NCBI GenBank assembly: GCA_947259195.1
Contig: CAMYLC010000155.1
Span: 16,899 to 80,898, forward strand
DNA length: 64,000 bases
Source: Thermoanaerobaculia bacterium
GTDB lineage: Bacteria > Acidobacteriota > Thermoanaerobaculia > Multivoradales > JAHEKO01
Reading direction: 5' to 3'
The position numbers were made by a program, and so were the translations under genes. A model generated the notes under the pieces. It saw only the letters and a list, made by a program, of their open reading frames with translations. It had not been told where the DNA came from and made no database searches. This document shows positions 63,854 through 64,000 of the stretch, piece after piece; within the stretch, counting starts at the first letter, position 1; each line of letters opens with the position of its first letter.

Positions 63854-64000
63854 GGTTGCCCTTGGACGAGAAGACTGTCAGGGCTCTGGAAGTCGGTGCA
63901 GGAGTCGAGCTGACGGGCCGCATGATCACTGGCCGTGATGCCGCTCACAAGTGGCTATTGGAGGAGCACCGGGAAGCAGTGGCTCCCTTTCTCGAGGGAA
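63841..64000 (+). CDS. class I fumarate hydratase beta subunit, 5' part (truncated by the window edge)
   Basis: ATG at 63841 with GGAAGGAG upstream and a 13-nt overlap with the alpha gene. LTGRMITGRDAAHK is typical of the beta-subunit N-terminus. Confidence 0.7.
   Translation, partial: MAELRLPLDEKTVRALEVGAGVELTGRMITGRDAAHKWLLEEHREAVAPFLEG

Noticed and set aside
1-64000. Whole-window scan for CRISPR arrays, rRNA or tRNA genes, transposases or integrases, and prophage or toxin-antitoxin modules.
   Set aside because: I noticed none. There are no regularly spaced repeats of 25-40 nt, no recombinase or transposase motifs among the ORFs, and the intergenic regions are too short or unstructured for rRNA or tRNA. 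This is a by-eye scan, so small ncRNAs could have been missed.

Overview
This is a visibly GC-rich bacterial chromosomal segment; I did not compute GC content, and any taxonomic guess would be weak. I support about 57 protein-coding genes. I found no rRNA, tRNA, CRISPR array, transposase or integrase. Most long ORFs in the track that lie antisense to or overlap these genes are GC-driven shadow ORFs.

Most of the content is housekeeping or cell-envelope related:
- Peptidases of families M23, M16, M1 and M24, plus gamma-glutamyltransferase and a Lon-like protease.
- RNA and translation genes: RNase E/G, RNase D, LeuRS, HU, and a cold-shock protein.
- Metabolic genes: citrate synthase, PdxH, WS/DGAT, an aldo/keto reductase and a Zn alcohol dehydrogenase.
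- Membrane proteins: MscS and an alanine:cation symporter.
- An ExeA/GspB-like pair.

The standout is a tightly packed, largely translationally coupled ~9.8 kb operon at about 53007-62757. It encodes a four-subunit 2-oxoacid:ferredoxin oxidoreductase in D-A-B-C order. Next come an 803-aa GltD/NfnB-like flavoprotein fused to ferredoxin and MvhD-like domains, and an HdrC-HdrB fusion. The last large gene is an HdrA-MvhD fusion. It is followed by a zinc-ribbon gene and a hemerythrin-like gene, and a MarR regulator with a Cys-rich tail lies upstream of the operon. The hdrA gene appears as two ORFs in the track. These are one reading frame interrupted by a single TGA at 60183-60185, which falls exactly on the conserved D-C-S-x-C-I-L cysteine. 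A SECIS-like hairpin lies 21 nt downstream. I therefore call it a selenocysteine-containing HdrA.

Other items worth a second look:
- A 183-bp element with perfect 21-bp terminal inverted repeats (23989-24171).
- A perfect 16-nt tandem repeat that duplicates the marR start codon (52255-52286).
- Competing anti-SD/SD hairpins upstream of the alcohol dehydrogenase gene.
- A six-repeat choice-of-anchor-D-like surface protein.
- An ADP-forming acyl-CoA synthetase with its ATP-grasp domain placed first.

All family assignments come from motifs read by eye. None has been checked against a database.
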